Positions 15,563 to 26,251 are shown, counted from the stretch's first letter. The stretch: DNA of 43,089 bases from Deltaproteobacteria bacterium (GCA_013151235.1 JAADIO010000031.1:1-43089); one strand, 5' to 3'. The notes: generated from the letters alone by a model not told the origin. Translations and numbers: made by a program.

Positions 15563-17512
15563 TCATCTGCCGCCTTCAGTTGTCCCGCTCCCGTCCCGTT
15601 TTTCCTCGATTTCAGAGCGGATCATCCGCAGGGTTTCTTCAACACTGCAATCCCCGAGATCTCCACGGTCCCGTGAACGAAGGGAAAGGCGGGACGACTC
15701 CACCTCCCGGTCGCCGATAATGATCATGTAGGGAACCTTCTGCATTTGTGCTTCCCGAATCTTGTACCCCATCTTTTCCTTCCGGTCGTCCAACACCGTC
15801 CGAATCCCGGCGACATCGAATTGTTCCTTCACCTTTCCGGCGTAAGAAAGCTGGGCATCCGTAATATTGATAATAACCGCCTGCGTCGGGGCCAGCCAGG
15901 TGGGGAATTTCCCGGCATGATGTTCAATGAGAACCGCCATGAACCGTTCCAGGGAACCGAGGATGACCCGGTGGAGCATGACCGGCCGGTGTTCGGCACC
16001 GTCGGAACCGACATAGGTAAGCTGAAAACGTTCCGGCAGGGTAAAATCGCATTGAATGGTCGCACACTGCCAACTCCGCCCGATCGCATCCCGGATTTTG
16101 ACATCTATCTTCGGTCCGTAAAAAGCGCCGTCTCCTTCATTGATCTCATAGGAAAGGTGATGGGTTGCAAGGGCATCCTGCAGCGCCTTCGTCGCCCGTT
16201 CCCAATCCTCATCGGAGCCGATCGACTTTTCAGGTCGGGTGCTGATCTCCAGGGAATAGGCGAAACCAAAGACCTTCATCACATCTTTGATAAAGTCGAT
16301 GACTCCGATGATCTCGCCGGTCAACTGCTCCGGCAGACAAAAGATATGGGCGTCGTCCTGGGTAAATCCCCGGACCCGGAGAAGACCGTGGAGAACACCG
16401 GTCTTTTCATGGCGGTGTACCGTGCCTAATTCAAAGAACCGGATCGGAAGGTCCCGGTAGCTGCGGGTCTTCGACTTGAAGATCATCATATGAGCCGGAC
16501 AGTTCATCGGCTTGATGCCGTATTCCTTCCCTTCGATCTCGGTAAAATACATATTTTCTTTATAATAGTCGTAATGACCGGAGATCCGCCAGGTATCACT
16601 CTTCAAGATCTGCGGACCGATGACCGGCTGATACCCCCGCTTGAGATGTTCCTGCTTTTCAAAATCTTCCAGAATCCAGCGGAGCATCGCTCCTTTGGGG
16701 TGATAGAGGATCAGGCCGCCGCCGACGGTCTCGTTAATCTCGAAGAGTTCCAGTTGACGACCCAATTTCCGGTGATCCCGTTTTTTGGCCTCCTCCAGCA
16801 TTTGGAGATATTGCTTGAGATCTTCCTTCCGGGCAAAGGCCGTTCCGTAGATCCGCTGAAGCATCGCATTCTTCTCGTCCCCCCGCCAATAGGCTCCGGC
16901 AACACTGAGGAGCTTGAAATGACGCAACAGGGAGGTCCGGGGAAGGTGCGGCCCGCGGCAGAGATCAACATAATCCCCCTGCGTATAGAGAGAGACCGTC
17001 GGTTCATCGGTCAGATCGTTAATCAGCTCCACCTTGTAATCTTCATGACGTTCCGCGAAGAAGGCCAGGGCCTCCTCCCGGCTCATTTGACTCCGGACAA
17101 TGGGGAGATTCCGCTTGATGATCTCACGCATCCGTTTGGTGATCTTCTCCAGGTCCTCCGGTGTGAAGGGACGTTCCGTATCGAAATCGTAATAGAACCC
17201 TTTTTCAATGGTCGGTCCGATGGCCACCCGGGTGCCGGGAAAGAGTTCCTGGACTGCCTGAGCCATGATGTGCGCCGCCGTATGACGGAGAATATCCTCC
17301 CCCTCTTCGGACTCCGGAAGGATCCCCGCCAGTTCGGCAGATTCATTCACAGGAAAAGCCAGATCCACGGCCTTCCCGTTCAATCTGGCACCAATAAAAC
17401 GTTTTTGATCGTCCGGCATCAGGACCGAGAAAACCGAAGCAATGTTCGCCCCCGCATCAAATTCACCGGCAGGACCATCTGTAACCCGTATTTTGATCTT
17501 TTCCACACCCAT
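15563..17512 (-). CDS. thrS: Threonine-tRNA ligase
   Basis: [28 protein letters not shown] and [11 protein letters not shown] motifs. Confidence 0.97.
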   Translation of the reverse strand: MGVEKIKIRVTDGPAGEFDAGANIASVFSVLMPDDQKRFIGARLNGKAVDLAFPVNESAELAGILPESEEGEDILRHTAAHIMAQAVQELFPGTRVAIGPTIEKGFYYDFDTERPFTPEDLEKITKRMREIIKRNLPIVRSQMSREEALAFFAERHEDYKVELINDLTDEPTVSLYTQGDYVDLCRGPHLPRTSLLRHFKLLSVAGAYWRGDEKNAMLQRIYGTAFARKEDLKQYLQMLEEAKKRDHRKLGRQLELFEINETVGGGLILYHPKGAMLRWILEDFEKQEHLKRGYQPVIGPQILKSDTWRISGHYDYYKENMYFTEIEGKEYGIKPMNCPAHMMIFKSKTRSYRDLPIRFFELGTVHRHEKTGVLHGLLRVRGFTQDDAHIFCLPEQLTGEIIGVIDFIKDVMKVFGFAYSLEISTRPEKSIGSDEDWERATKALQDALATHHLSYEINEGDGAFYGPKIDVKIRDAIGRSWQCATIQCDFTLPERFQLTYVGSDGAEHRPVMLHRVILGSLERFMAVLIEHHAGKFPTWLAPTQAVIINITDAQLSYAGKVKEQFDVAGIRTVLDDRKEKMGYKIREAQMQKVPYMIIIGDREVESSRLSLRSRDRGDLGDCSVEETLRMIRSEIEEKRDGSGTTEGGR

Positions 17513-17560
17513 AAAAAACTCACCCAAAAACGGTTTTCCGTACCGCCATCAAGGATGTTC

Positions 17561-17605
17561 AAAAACAAAAAGGGCATCACATCCATGAAAAGTGTTGTGA
17601 TGCCC
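17561..17605 (-). terminator. Rho-independent terminator between tRNA-Val and thrS
   Basis: GGGCATCACA-14 nt-TGTGATGCCC followed by TTTTTGTTTTT. Confidence 0.75.
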
Positions 17606-17660
17606 CCACAAACAACTCTGATTATTCCACAAATGTTCCCCAGCTATTCGATAATAAGGA

Positions 17661-17737
17661 TGGTAGGCGGTACTGGAGTTGAACCAGCGACCTCCACGAT
17701 GTCAACGTGGCGCTCTAACCAACTGAGCTAACCGCCT
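17661..17737 (-). tRNA. tRNA-Val(GAC)
   Basis: AGGCGGTTAGCTCAGTTGGTTAGAGCG-CCACG TTGACAT CGTGG-...GTTCAACTCCAGTACCGCCTACCA. Confidence 0.95.
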
Positions 17738-17758
17738 TTACCGGACAAATTCCGTATA

Positions 17759-17788
17759 AATCTAATGGATTCGGGCGGTTCATGTCAA
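17759..17788 (-). promoter_or_regulatory. sigma70-type promoter of tRNA-Val
   Basis: TTGACA-18 bp-TAGATT. Confidence 0.55.
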
Positions 17789-17916
17789 GACAAAAATGAG
17801 GCAATGGAAAAGCTCCATTGCCTCATTCGGCCTGATTCACAGCATTGCAACCCTCCGAAATCTCCCGAGGCTTCAATTCCGGTCCCAATCTGTTCAATCT
17901 TTTCATTCCGTCTCTT

Positions 17917-18186
17917 TCAGAGAGCGGACCGGAGACCTTTACCCGGGGTGAACTTCGGCACCTTTTTGGCCTTGATCTTGATCGTTTCACCGGTCTTGGG
18001 GTTCCGGCCGGTCCGGGCCTTCCGTTTGACAACGGAGAAGCTTCCGAAACCGACCAGGGTGACCTTGTTGCCTTTCTTGAGGGTCTTGGTGACACTTTTG
18101 ATCATCGAGTCCAGGGCCTTGGCGGCAGAGGCCTTACTGATCTTTGCATCTGAAGCCATCGTTTCGATCAACTCTGCTTTCGTCAT
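17917..18186 (-). CDS. hup: DNA-binding protein HU
   Basis: MTKAELI, GFGSF, ARTGRNPKTG and PKFTPGK motifs. Confidence 0.93.
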   Translation of the reverse strand: MTKAELIETMASDAKISKASAAKALDSMIKSVTKTLKKGNKVTLVGFGSFSVVKRKARTGRNPKTGETIKIKAKKVPKFTPGKGLRSAL

Positions 18187-18254
18187 CAAACGTCCTCCTC
18201 TGAAAGATGTTTATGTTGTGGGAAATGGTTGACTGACTTGTGTAGACAAAAACC

Positions 18255-18283
18255 AAAATAGCAACGGATTCCGGACTTGTCAA
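18255..18283 (-). promoter_or_regulatory. Putative promoter of the HU gene
   Basis: TTGACA-17 bp-TATTTT with extended -10 TG. Confidence 0.55.
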
Positions 18284-18331
18284 GGAGAAAAGTGCCTTCA
18301 AGCCTTTATTTTTCAGGTCCCGGACGTTTTT

Positions 18332-19783
18332 TTATTTCGGGATCGACCGGAATGATTTGGGGTCGATATGGTATTCCCGGATTTTTTTCCGCAGGGTATT
18401 TCGATTAATCCCGAGAAGGTAAGCGGCTTTAATCTGGTTCCCGCCGACCTCTTTCATGACCATCTCAATCAGGGGGGCCTCAATTCGATCAAGAAGAAGT
18501 TTCCGGATATCCCGGGCACCCGCCAGGACCATTCGCTGCACGAATTCAGCGAGATTGTTGCGCAGGAGGAGGTCGAAATTGTTTTTCCCGGCTTTCTCCG
18601 TTGTGGTGCCATCCTGAAGGATCGTGCAGATATATTCCGATGTCAGGTTCGGGCCCCGTGACATCACAACCGCCCGTTTAACAAGGTTTTCCAGTTCCCG
18701 GACATTTCCCGGCCAGAAGTATTGCAACAGGCAGTCAAGCGTGGCCTCCGTATAACCGGTGACCTCCGTACCGAGTTCATGGCGGGACTTCTCCAGGAAA
18801 AACTTCAGAAGCAGCGGAATATCCTCTTTTCGCTCCCGGAGCGGCGGAATCCGGATCGGTACGACATTGAGGCGGAAAAAAAGATCGTCCCGGAAACGAC
18901 CCTCCCGGACCTCCTTCTGAAGATCACTATTGGTCGCAGCAAGGATACGCACATCCACGGGGATCGGTCCCGTTCCGCCGACCCGCTCAACCTCCCTTTC
19001 CTGGAGTACGCGAAGCAACTTGGTCTGGAGGTTCATTTTCAGATCGCCCACCTCATCGAGGAAAAGCGTTCCCCCATTCGCCTGTTCGAATTTCCCGATC
19101 TTCCGGGCCGTCGCCCCGGTGAAAGCTCCCTTTTCATGGCCGAAGAGTTCCGACTCCATCAGGTCATCCGGAATCGCCGCCAGGTTGACGGCCACAAAGG
19201 GTTTTCCGAAGCGCCGACTATGATAATGGATCGCCCGGGCCAGCACCTCTTTGCCGGTTCCGCTCTCCCCGGTCAGCAGGACCGTCACATCCCGAGCAGC
19301 GACCCGGCCGATCGTCTTGAAGATCTCCTGCATGACCGAACTCTCACCGACGACGGTATCGGCTTCAAACTTCTCGAGGATCTCTCCCTTCAGGGTCTTC
19401 ACCTCCTCGTTCAGCGCAAGGATCCGGAAGGCCTTGGCAACGAGAACCTTGAGCTCCTCCATATCGAACGGTTTGGTAAGATAGTCGAAGGCCCCCCACT
19501 TCATTGCATCAACGGCATTATTCATCGTGGCCTGTGCCGTCATTATGATCACCAGTACGGGATTTCCGTTCTCCTGCAGTTTCTTCAGGAATTCCAGACC
19601 GCTCATGCCGGGCATCCGGATATCGAGAATCAGCAGAGGCCAGGATTCCTCGTTCAGCCGCGACATTGCTGCTTCGGCGGAATCAAGTGTCAGTACCTGG
19701 TACTGCTCCTTTTCGAGAGCTTTGCTGATCACCCAACGCATGCTCTCATCGTCATCCACGACCATGACTTTTTTGCCGACCAT
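18332..19783 (-). CDS. ntrC: sigma54-dependent response regulator NtrC
   Basis: REC domain, [24 protein letters not shown] and Fis-type HTH ([11 protein letters not shown]); dusB-ntrB-ntrC synteny. Confidence 0.85.
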   Translation of the reverse strand: MVGKKVMVVDDDESMRWVISKALEKEQYQVLTLDSAEAAMSRLNEESWPLLILDIRMPGMSGLEFLKKLQENGNPVLVIIMTAQATMNNAVDAMKWGAFDYLTKPFDMEELKVLVAKAFRILALNEEVKTLKGEILEKFEADTVVGESSVMQEIFKTIGRVAARDVTVLLTGESGTGKEVLARAIHYHSRRFGKPFVAVNLAAIPDDLMESELFGHEKGAFTGATARKIGKFEQANGGTLFLDEVGDLKMNLQTKLLRVLQEREVERVGGTGPIPVDVRILAATNSDLQKEVREGRFRDDLFFRLNVVPIRIPPLRERKEDIPLLLKFFLEKSRHELGTEVTGYTEATLDCLLQYFWPGNVRELENLVKRAVVMSRGPNLTSEYICTILQDGTTTEKAGKNNFDLLLRNNLAEFVQRMVLAGARDIRKLLLDRIEAPLIEMVMKEVGGNQIKAAYLLGINRNTLRKKIREYHIDPKSFRSIPK

Positions 19784-19813
19784 AATTCCCTCAAAGATTT
19801 TTCCGTTGACGAA

Positions 19814-20944
19814 TCACAACTCCGTGGCGGCAGCCACCGGCAAAGATGTACGAACACAGGTTCCCTCATCGGGCCGGCTGACGACATCGATCTTCCCGCC
19901 ATGTTCCTCGATCATCCGGTGACACAGCGCTAACCCCAGGCCCACGCCGTCCGGTTTCCCGGTATAAAAAGGTAAGAAGATCTTCTTCAGATTTTCCGCA
20001 GGAATCCCGCAGCCCCGGTCTTTCACTTCCACGGAAATCATTCGGCGTTTGACGGAATCACCCCGACGAACCTGGTAGCCGGGCAGAATCCGGGTAGTCA
20101 ACGTTAATTCCCCCGCACCGCCCATTGCATCGATCCCGTTCCGGCAAAAGTTGAGAAAGACCTGGGTCAACGGGTCGGGATCACCCACTATTTCCGGCAG
20201 GCTCGGGTCGTATTCCCGAACGATGGAGATCGATCTCCCTCCATACTCCATCTTCACCAGTTCCGCCACATGGTCCAGTACCTGATGGACATTCATGGCC
20301 CTAAGATGAAGCGGCGCCGGTCTTGAAAAATCGAGCAGTCCTTCCACGATCTTGTTCAACCGGTCGACCTCCCGGATCATGACATCCGTGTATTCGATAC
20401 AGGAGGATTCCGACGATAGTTCCTCCCGGAGCAGTTGTGCGGCCCCGCGGATTCCCCCGAGGGGGTTTTTGATCTCATGGGCCATGCCGGCAGCGAGAAC
20501 CCCGAGGGAGGCAAGACGCTCCCCCTGACGGACCCGCTCCTCCAGGGATTTCATCCGGGTCAGGTCCCGAAAGACGATCACGACCCCCGAAGGGTTTCCA
20601 TCCCGGTCCAGCAGGGGGGAAGTGGTCAGACCGAGAGAGCGATGTTCTCTCCGGAAGGTCTTGAAGGAAAAGCTGGAATCGGTATGGCCCCTCCCCGTGG
20701 TCAGGGTCTTTTCGACAAGGTGATGGAGTTTCTTCTCTCCGGCGAAAACATCCGTCATCGTCCGATCCTGTACGTTCTGCGCCTTGAGGCCGGTCATCTG
20801 TTCGGCGGAGGCGCTGAAGATCATGATCCGTAATGCAGCGTCCACCACAACAATCCCGTCCACCAATCCCGCCAGGATATTATGGTAATAATCCCGGACC
20901 TCCTCCAGAGAAGGAGGGGCTTTCTCTCCGTCGGGCACACTCAT
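19814..20944 (-). CDS. ntrB: PAS sensor histidine kinase NtrB
   Basis: AHEIKNPLGGIRGAAQLL, YDPSLP, DRGCG and GVGLGL motifs; start may be 20965. Confidence 0.85.
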   Translation of the reverse strand: MSVPDGEKAPPSLEEVRDYYHNILAGLVDGIVVVDAALRIMIFSASAEQMTGLKAQNVQDRTMTDVFAGEKKLHHLVEKTLTTGRGHTDSSFSFKTFRREHRSLGLTTSPLLDRDGNPSGVVIVFRDLTRMKSLEERVRQGERLASLGVLAAGMAHEIKNPLGGIRGAAQLLREELSSESSCIEYTDVMIREVDRLNKIVEGLLDFSRPAPLHLRAMNVHQVLDHVAELVKMEYGGRSISIVREYDPSLPEIVGDPDPLTQVFLNFCRNGIDAMGGAGELTLTTRILPGYQVRRGDSVKRRMISVEVKDRGCGIPAENLKKIFLPFYTGKPDGVGLGLALCHRMIEEHGGKIDVVSRPDEGTCVRTSLPVAAATEL

Positions 20945-20948
20945 GGAT

Positions 20949-21956
20949 TCACGTTCCGATTTCATAGGCCAAGCCCGCCGCCTTCGGGGAAGGCCCCTTT
21001 TGCAGGAAAAAGGATTCCATCTCACAGAGGAAATCCTCGCAGGTCAGCACATGGTTAATCCGGTCCCGGAAAGCCGTAGATGCCGGCAGCCCCCGGGAAT
21101 ACCAGGAAGCGAATTTCCGCATCCTGAAAACGGCACGGGTTTTGCCGGAAAGCTCAACTTCACAAATGAGCTGATCCCGCAGAACGGAATAAATTTCCCG
21201 GGGCGACGGACGGGAAGGAATTTCACCGGTCAGCAGATAGGTACGGATCCGCTCGAAAATCCACGGGTCGCCCAATGCCGCACGGCCGATCATCATCCCG
21301 TCGCAACCGGTCCGACGGAGCATGTCGGCGGCATCCCCAGGCGTCCGGATATCTCCGTTTCCGATGACCGGGATCTTCACGGTCTCCTTGACCTTCCGGA
21401 TCTCTTCCCACTCCGACCGGCCGCCGAACCCCTGGGTCTTCGTGCGGGGATGGAGGATCACGGCAGCGGCCCCCTCGCCCTCCGCCATTCGGGCCACCTC
21501 CGCTGCACAGAGGCTCTCATGATCCCAACCGGAACGAAACTTCACAGTCACCGGCAGCGGTGTTGCACGAACCACACTCCGCACGATACGGGCGGCGTGG
21601 TCGAGGTTCCGGAGCAGCGCAGCCCCGGAACCGGAGCGGACCACCTTCTTTACGGGACATCCCATATTGATATCGATCAGATCCGGATCTCTTTCCGTCA
21701 AGAGTGCCGCGGCCTTTTCCATCTCCTCCGGTTCGGCACCGAAGAGCTGGGCGGAGATCGGACGGGGATCGAGAGGATGGGGCATGTAAGGTTCACAAAC
21801 CTTCGGATTGCGGGAGAGCGCCGCCGCCGAAATCATCTCGGTACAGACCAGGTCGGCGCCGAGACGGCGGGTAATCCTGCGAAAAGGGGAACCGGTCACA
21901 CCGGCCATCGGCGCCATCACCAGTCCCATTCCAAGTTCAAGGGAACCGATTTTCAT
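20949..21956 (-). CDS. dusB: tRNA-dihydrouridine synthase B
   Basis: APMAGVT, DINMGCPVKKV and IGNGDI motifs; ATGA overlap with tsaD. Confidence 0.9.
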   Translation of the reverse strand: MKIGSLELGMGLVMAPMAGVTGSPFRRITRRLGADLVCTEMISAAALSRNPKVCEPYMPHPLDPRPISAQLFGAEPEEMEKAAALLTERDPDLIDINMGCPVKKVVRSGSGAALLRNLDHAARIVRSVVRATPLPVTVKFRSGWDHESLCAAEVARMAEGEGAAAVILHPRTKTQGFGGRSEWEEIRKVKETVKIPVIGNGDIRTPGDAADMLRRTGCDGMMIGRAALGDPWIFERIRTYLLTGEIPSRPSPREIYSVLRDQLICEVELSGKTRAVFRMRKFASWYSRGLPASTAFRDRINHVLTCEDFLCEMESFFLQKGPSPKAAGLAYEIGT

Positions 21957-23032
21957 GATGACGAGTCCTCTTCTTTCTTCTCCCTGTCTCTGTTCGCACG
22001 AGAGAAATGGTGTCCCAGGCGAAGCGCCGCCGAAGCATTGAGGGAGAGATCGTCCACGATGCCCCGTGCATGATAGCGGGAAGCAACGGCGGCAATCATG
22101 GCGGCATTGTCCGTACAAAGGATGGAAGACGGCAGGGAACAGACAGCCCCTTCCTTTTCAGCGGCCTGGGCCAGCCGTCTTCTCAGCATCCCGTTGGCGG
22201 CAACCCCCCCCCCCAGCGTGACACGCGCCAACCCTTCCCGGTGCAGTGCCGTCATCGTCTTTGTGATCAGGACTTCCATGACGGCCTCCTGAAAGGAGGC
22301 GGCAACATCACTCAAATGTTCCCGCAACCCCTCTGCCCCCTCCCCTTCCGGACCCCAGCCATTCCGTAACAGAAAATTCAGGACGGCCGTTTTCAGCCCG
22401 CTGAAACTGAAATCGAGAGAGTCGTTCTTCAGCATGGAGCGGGGGAATCGTACAAAACAGGGATTTCCCTGATGCGCCAATCGATCGATGACGGGTCCGC
22501 CGGGATATCCCAATCCCATCATCTTGGCAACCTTGTCGTAGGCCTCCCCGACGGCGTCGTCCCGGGTTTTTCCCAGCACCCGGTACTCTCCGAAAGCCCG
22601 CACATGGATCAACGCCGTATGCCCGCCGGAGACCACGAGACAGAGGTAGGGGGTGGGGACTTCCCGCTCCAGGGTGACGGCATGGATATGCCCCTCGATA
22701 TGATGGACCCCGACGAAGGGGATGCCTCCGGCAAAAGCCAGGGCCTTGGCGTAAGAGAGCCCGACCAGCAAGGCGCCGATCAGACCGGGTCCGCAGGTTG
22801 CACCGATCAGGTCAATCTGCTGGAGGGAGACCCCGGCGTCCATGAGCGCCGCATCCACGACCTGGGTCACCTGTTCCACATGATGCCGGGATGCAAGTTC
22901 CGGAACCACCCCGCCATACTTACTGTGTATCTCCACCTGCGAGGAGATAATATTGGAACGGATCTCCCGGCCGTCTTCCACGACCGAGGCCGAGGTCTCA
23001 TCACAGGAGGTTTCAATCCCTAAACAAAGCAT
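21953..23032 (-). CDS. tsaD: tRNA N6-threonylcarbamoyladenosine synthesis protein TsaD
   Basis: GIETSCDET, GGVVPELASRHH, HHIEGH, VSGGHT and TDNAAMIA motifs. Confidence 0.96.
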   Translation of the reverse strand: MLCLGIETSCDETSASVVEDGREIRSNIISSQVEIHSKYGGVVPELASRHHVEQVTQVVDAALMDAGVSLQQIDLIGATCGPGLIGALLVGLSYAKALAFAGGIPFVGVHHIEGHIHAVTLEREVPTPYLCLVVSGGHTALIHVRAFGEYRVLGKTRDDAVGEAYDKVAKMMGLGYPGGPVIDRLAHQGNPCFVRFPRSMLKNDSLDFSFSGLKTAVLNFLLRNGWGPEGEGAEGLREHLSDVAASFQEAVMEVLITKTMTALHREGLARVTLGGGVAANGMLRRRLAQAAEKEGAVCSLPSSILCTDNAAMIAAVASRYHARGIVDDLSLNASAALRLGHHFSRANRDREKKEEDSSS

Positions 23033-23048
23033 GCTATAACCTAACGGA

Positions 23049-24269
23049 TTACGACCGATCAAGCAACTCCGAAACGGGTACAATCCTGATTCCCGCGGCA
23101 CGAAATCGTCCCAGTGCATCCCGGAGTGCCTCCAGGGTAACGGCATGGGGGTGGCAGATGGCAATCGCAAAGCCCTTTTCCTGTGCCCGTTCAATCAAAC
23201 GCCCAATCTGTTTTTCCACAGCATCAGGATGGATCACATCATCGAGAAATATATCCCGCCGGGCCGCAGGAACTCCCAACCGCCTCGCCTCCTCATACGC
23301 AACGGAACGGCTTGTCGTCAGACTGTCCACAAAGAAGAGGTCCCGTTTTTTGATTTCCTCCAGGACCACCGCCATCCGGTCCCGATCCTGCGTAAACCGC
23401 GATCCCATATGGTTGTTCACACCGGCGATCCGGGGATAAAGATCGAGTAATCGCCGGACCCGCTCCCGGATCTCCTTTTCCCCCATCTTCACCAGGAGAG
23501 CGTCCGACCCGGGCCGGTGTTCTAAAGAATCGATCGGCTCCATCGGCAGATGAAGCATCAATTCCCGGTGGTGATCAACAATCTCCCGAACGGCGTCTTT
23601 CGAATGGCGCAAGTCCGGCAAAACGGAAAAAGTGATCGCAACATTCAGAGCGATCAGGCTGTTGAGCGGAGCAAGGCCTGCGCCGATGTCGTCCACAATA
23701 ATGGCCACGCGCGGCCCCGAAGGTTTTTCCCCGGCACCTGCCGCCGGAACAAGAGAAACGAGAACGACGCTCCGTACAATCGTACTCCCCACATACAGAC
23801 TCAGGATCGTCCGCTCTTTTTTCCCCGCAAGCTCATGACGTGTCCGGAGAAAAACACCGGGGAATTGACGGACATACCGATTCAGTTTCATCTCAAACAG
23901 GGAAAGCGTCTCCCTCCGGGAAAGATCCACTTCCACCCGTTTGGAGATAAATGTGCCCTTCGGACCCTTCCTGCGTGTTCTGTGTACCCGGATATTTCTC
24001 CGGGCGACATGGGCATCTTTCAGTAACCCGTCCAGATACCGGTCGAATCGTTTCAGCACGAGATCGTATTCCACCGATGAGATTTTCCTCTCGGCATGTT
24101 TTTTGCCGGCCCCGACCCATTCGGAAAAACGTTCGCGGTGAACTTCAAAATAGAGAAGAATCGAGACAGCGGCGGCCAGAAAGAAGAGTACGGAACCGAT
24201 CGTGAACCAGAGAGAACGATTGTTTTTCCGCCCCATTTTTCGGGACCGCCGTTTTTTATTTTTTTTCAT
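23049..24269 (-). CDS. Divergent polysaccharide deacetylase family protein (YibQ-like) with N-terminal membrane anchor
   Basis: IIVDDIG, LHLPMEP, NNHMGS, FVDS.T, RDIFLD and AICHP motifs. Confidence 0.88.
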   Translation of the reverse strand: MKKNKKRRSRKMGRKNNRSLWFTIGSVLFFLAAAVSILLYFEVHRERFSEWVGAGKKHAERKISSVEYDLVLKRFDRYLDGLLKDAHVARRNIRVHRTRRKGPKGTFISKRVEVDLSRRETLSLFEMKLNRYVRQFPGVFLRTRHELAGKKERTILSLYVGSTIVRSVVLVSLVPAAGAGEKPSGPRVAIIVDDIGAGLAPLNSLIALNVAITFSVLPDLRHSKDAVREIVDHHRELMLHLPMEPIDSLEHRPGSDALLVKMGEKEIRERVRRLLDLYPRIAGVNNHMGSRFTQDRDRMAVVLEEIKKRDLFFVDSLTTSRSVAYEEARRLGVPAARRDIFLDDVIHPDAVEKQIGRLIERAQEKGFAIAICHPHAVTLEALRDALGRFRAAGIRIVPVSELLDRS

Positions 24270-24281
24270 TCATCAATCCTT

Positions 24282-24452
24282 GATGGTGTCGTAAAAAGTC
24301 ACGAAGCCCTTCGACCCTTCGGCCGGCTCAGGACAGGCGTACTCAGGGCGAACGGTGTAAGTGATTGATATTCCGTTCGTGTGGTTCGACCATGCTCGGA
24401 AGCTTGTCGAACCATGAACGGAATCCGGAAAACGACTTTTTACGACTTCATC
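24282..24452. mobile_element. MITE copy 2 (171 bp)
   Basis: Same TIRs as copy 1; flanking duplication AATCCTT (24275-24281, 24453-24459). Confidence 0.88.
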
Positions 24453-24457
24453 AATCC

Positions 24458-26032
24458 TTAACGATGGGGACTCCCGGAACGCCTCAAAAGCCAGTCCCGG
24501 ACCATCCGGACCTCTTCGACACGAAAAAGGAGACACATCACCGTATAGCCGCCGCCCCCCAAAAGGATCCCCCAGCCCAGCCTATAAAATTTTTCCAGCG
24601 TATGTCCATGAAGTTTCCAGAGAGCCGTTCCCGCCCCGTAGTACGCACAAAATCCGAGGATCGCCGAAGCGGGAAGAATTTTCAGCAGAAGACGGAGAAA
24701 GGCCGTCCCCCCGAGGGGACCGACCCGTTTTCTGAGAATCCAGACCAACAGGGAAACGTTCAGCATGGAGGAGAGAGAATTGGCCAGGGCCAGTCCCCCA
24801 TGCTTCAGAGGCCCCATGAGAACCAGGCTCAGCACGACGTTGGCCAGAACGGCCGTGGCGCCGATCTTCATCGGCGTCCAGGTATCCTGCAGAGCATAAT
24901 AAACCTGAGCGACCACGCGTACTTCCGCAAAGGCCCACAGCCCCAGGGAATAATAGAGAAGGGCCTGCGCCGTGGCAACGGTCGCGGAATAGCTGAAATT
25001 TCCCCGCTGGAAGAGTGCACTGACGATGGGAACGCTCAATACGGACAGCCCCACCAGGGAAGGAAGCATGAGAAAAATGACTAATCGCATGGTCCGGCCA
25101 AGGGTCTCCACCATCCCCGGGAGATTCTTTTCGGCGGCGTGCTGTGACAGCGTGGGCAACATCGCCGTGGCGGCGGAGATACCAAAGACTCCCAGAGGAA
25201 ACTGCACCAGCCGATCGGCAAAAAAGAGAAAGGAAATACTCCCCGTGGGGAGGAAGGAGGCCAGAATATTTCCGATGAAGATGTTGATCTGGAGTACGCT
25301 CTGGCCGATGATACCGGGGACCATCAGACGGACGACACGCTGAAACCCAGGATGACGCGGCTGAAACCGGAATCGAAAACGGAAGCCTCTTTTCCATAAA
25401 AAGGGAACCTGCACGAGAAGCTGAAAGATCCCTCCCAACAGGATGCCGATGGAAAGACTCAGGATCGGCACGGACAGATGGGGCGATAGAAACAGGGCAC
25501 AGAGAATCATCATAATGTTCAGAATGGCCGGGGCCAGGGCGGGGGCGCCGAAGTGTTTCAGGGAATTCAAGACCCCCATCACCGCTGCGGAGATCCCGAT
25601 AAAGACGGCAAAAGGGAAAGTGACCCGCGTCAGCAAAACGGCCAGTGCAAACTGTTCAGGATTGTCGGAGAACCCGGGGGCCAGGCCCCGCACGACCCAG
25701 GGAGCAAAGAAGATCCCGAGAAGAGTCAATAACGTTACCAGCGCTGAAATGGAAGTCATGACCACGTTGGCCAGTTCCCATGCTTCGCTTTTGGACCGGC
25801 GGGTCAGATATTCCGAGAAAACCGGGACCAGGGACGCGTTCAAGGTCCCTTCTCCGAAGAGTCTGCGCAGGTAGTTGGGAATCCGGCTGGCGACGATAAA
25901 GGCATCCGTGGCCAAACCGGCGCCGAAGAGATTGGCCACGATGACATCTCTCAGATATCCCAAAATCCGGCTCAGGAAGGTGGCACTGCCGATGATACCG
26001 GCAGCCTTCGCAATCTCCTGATTCTTGCCCAT
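24458..26032 (-). CDS. murJ: Lipid II flippase MurJ
   Basis: SRILGYLRD, RIPNYLRRLFGEG and ADRLVQFPLG motifs; multiple TM segments. Confidence 0.95.
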   Translation of the reverse strand: MGKNQEIAKAAGIIGSATFLSRILGYLRDVIVANLFGAGLATDAFIVASRIPNYLRRLFGEGTLNASLVPVFSEYLTRRSKSEAWELANVVMTSISALVTLLTLLGIFFAPWVVRGLAPGFSDNPEQFALAVLLTRVTFPFAVFIGISAAVMGVLNSLKHFGAPALAPAILNIMMILCALFLSPHLSVPILSLSIGILLGGIFQLLVQVPFLWKRGFRFRFRFQPRHPGFQRVVRLMVPGIIGQSVLQINIFIGNILASFLPTGSISFLFFADRLVQFPLGVFGISAATAMLPTLSQHAAEKNLPGMVETLGRTMRLVIFLMLPSLVGLSVLSVPIVSALFQRGNFSYSATVATAQALLYYSLGLWAFAEVRVVAQVYYALQDTWTPMKIGATAVLANVVLSLVLMGPLKHGGLALANSLSSMLNVSLLVWILRKRVGPLGGTAFLRLLLKILPASAILGFCAYYGAGTALWKLHGHTLEKFYRLGWGILLGGGGYTVMCLLFRVEEVRMVRDWLLRRSGSPHR

Positions 26033-26134
26033 GTTTCCTCTGTTTCAGATCAATGCGGAACGGCTTTGAAGGATCCCTTCCGCGCAGCCCGGAAGGCGGA
26101 CCTCAACAAATTCAGGACGGGAAAATTGCCGGGT

Positions 26135-26163
26135 AATATAGCATACCCCCTGAATATGGACAA
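26135..26163 (-). promoter_or_regulatory. Putative promoter of the murJ operon
   Basis: TTGTCC-17 bp-TATATT with extended -10 TG. Confidence 0.5.
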
Positions 26164-26251
26164 TCGCAAAAGACCGTACCTCTATAATCTTTTGAAAGGA
26201 CTTCGGAAATTCCCGAGGCATGGCGAGTTTGATCCCGACAGAAAATGGAGA

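Noticed and set aside
17513-17660. T-box riboswitch or E. coli-type tRNA-mimic operator for thrS
   Set aside because: No T-box consensus, region too short, and no Thr-anticodon-like loop seen.
2348-24452. The repeat pair as a CRISPR array or as ends of a 22-kb composite transposon
   Set aside because: No repeat-spacer periodicity and no cas genes; each copy has its own distinct TSD, and the DNA between them is housekeeping.
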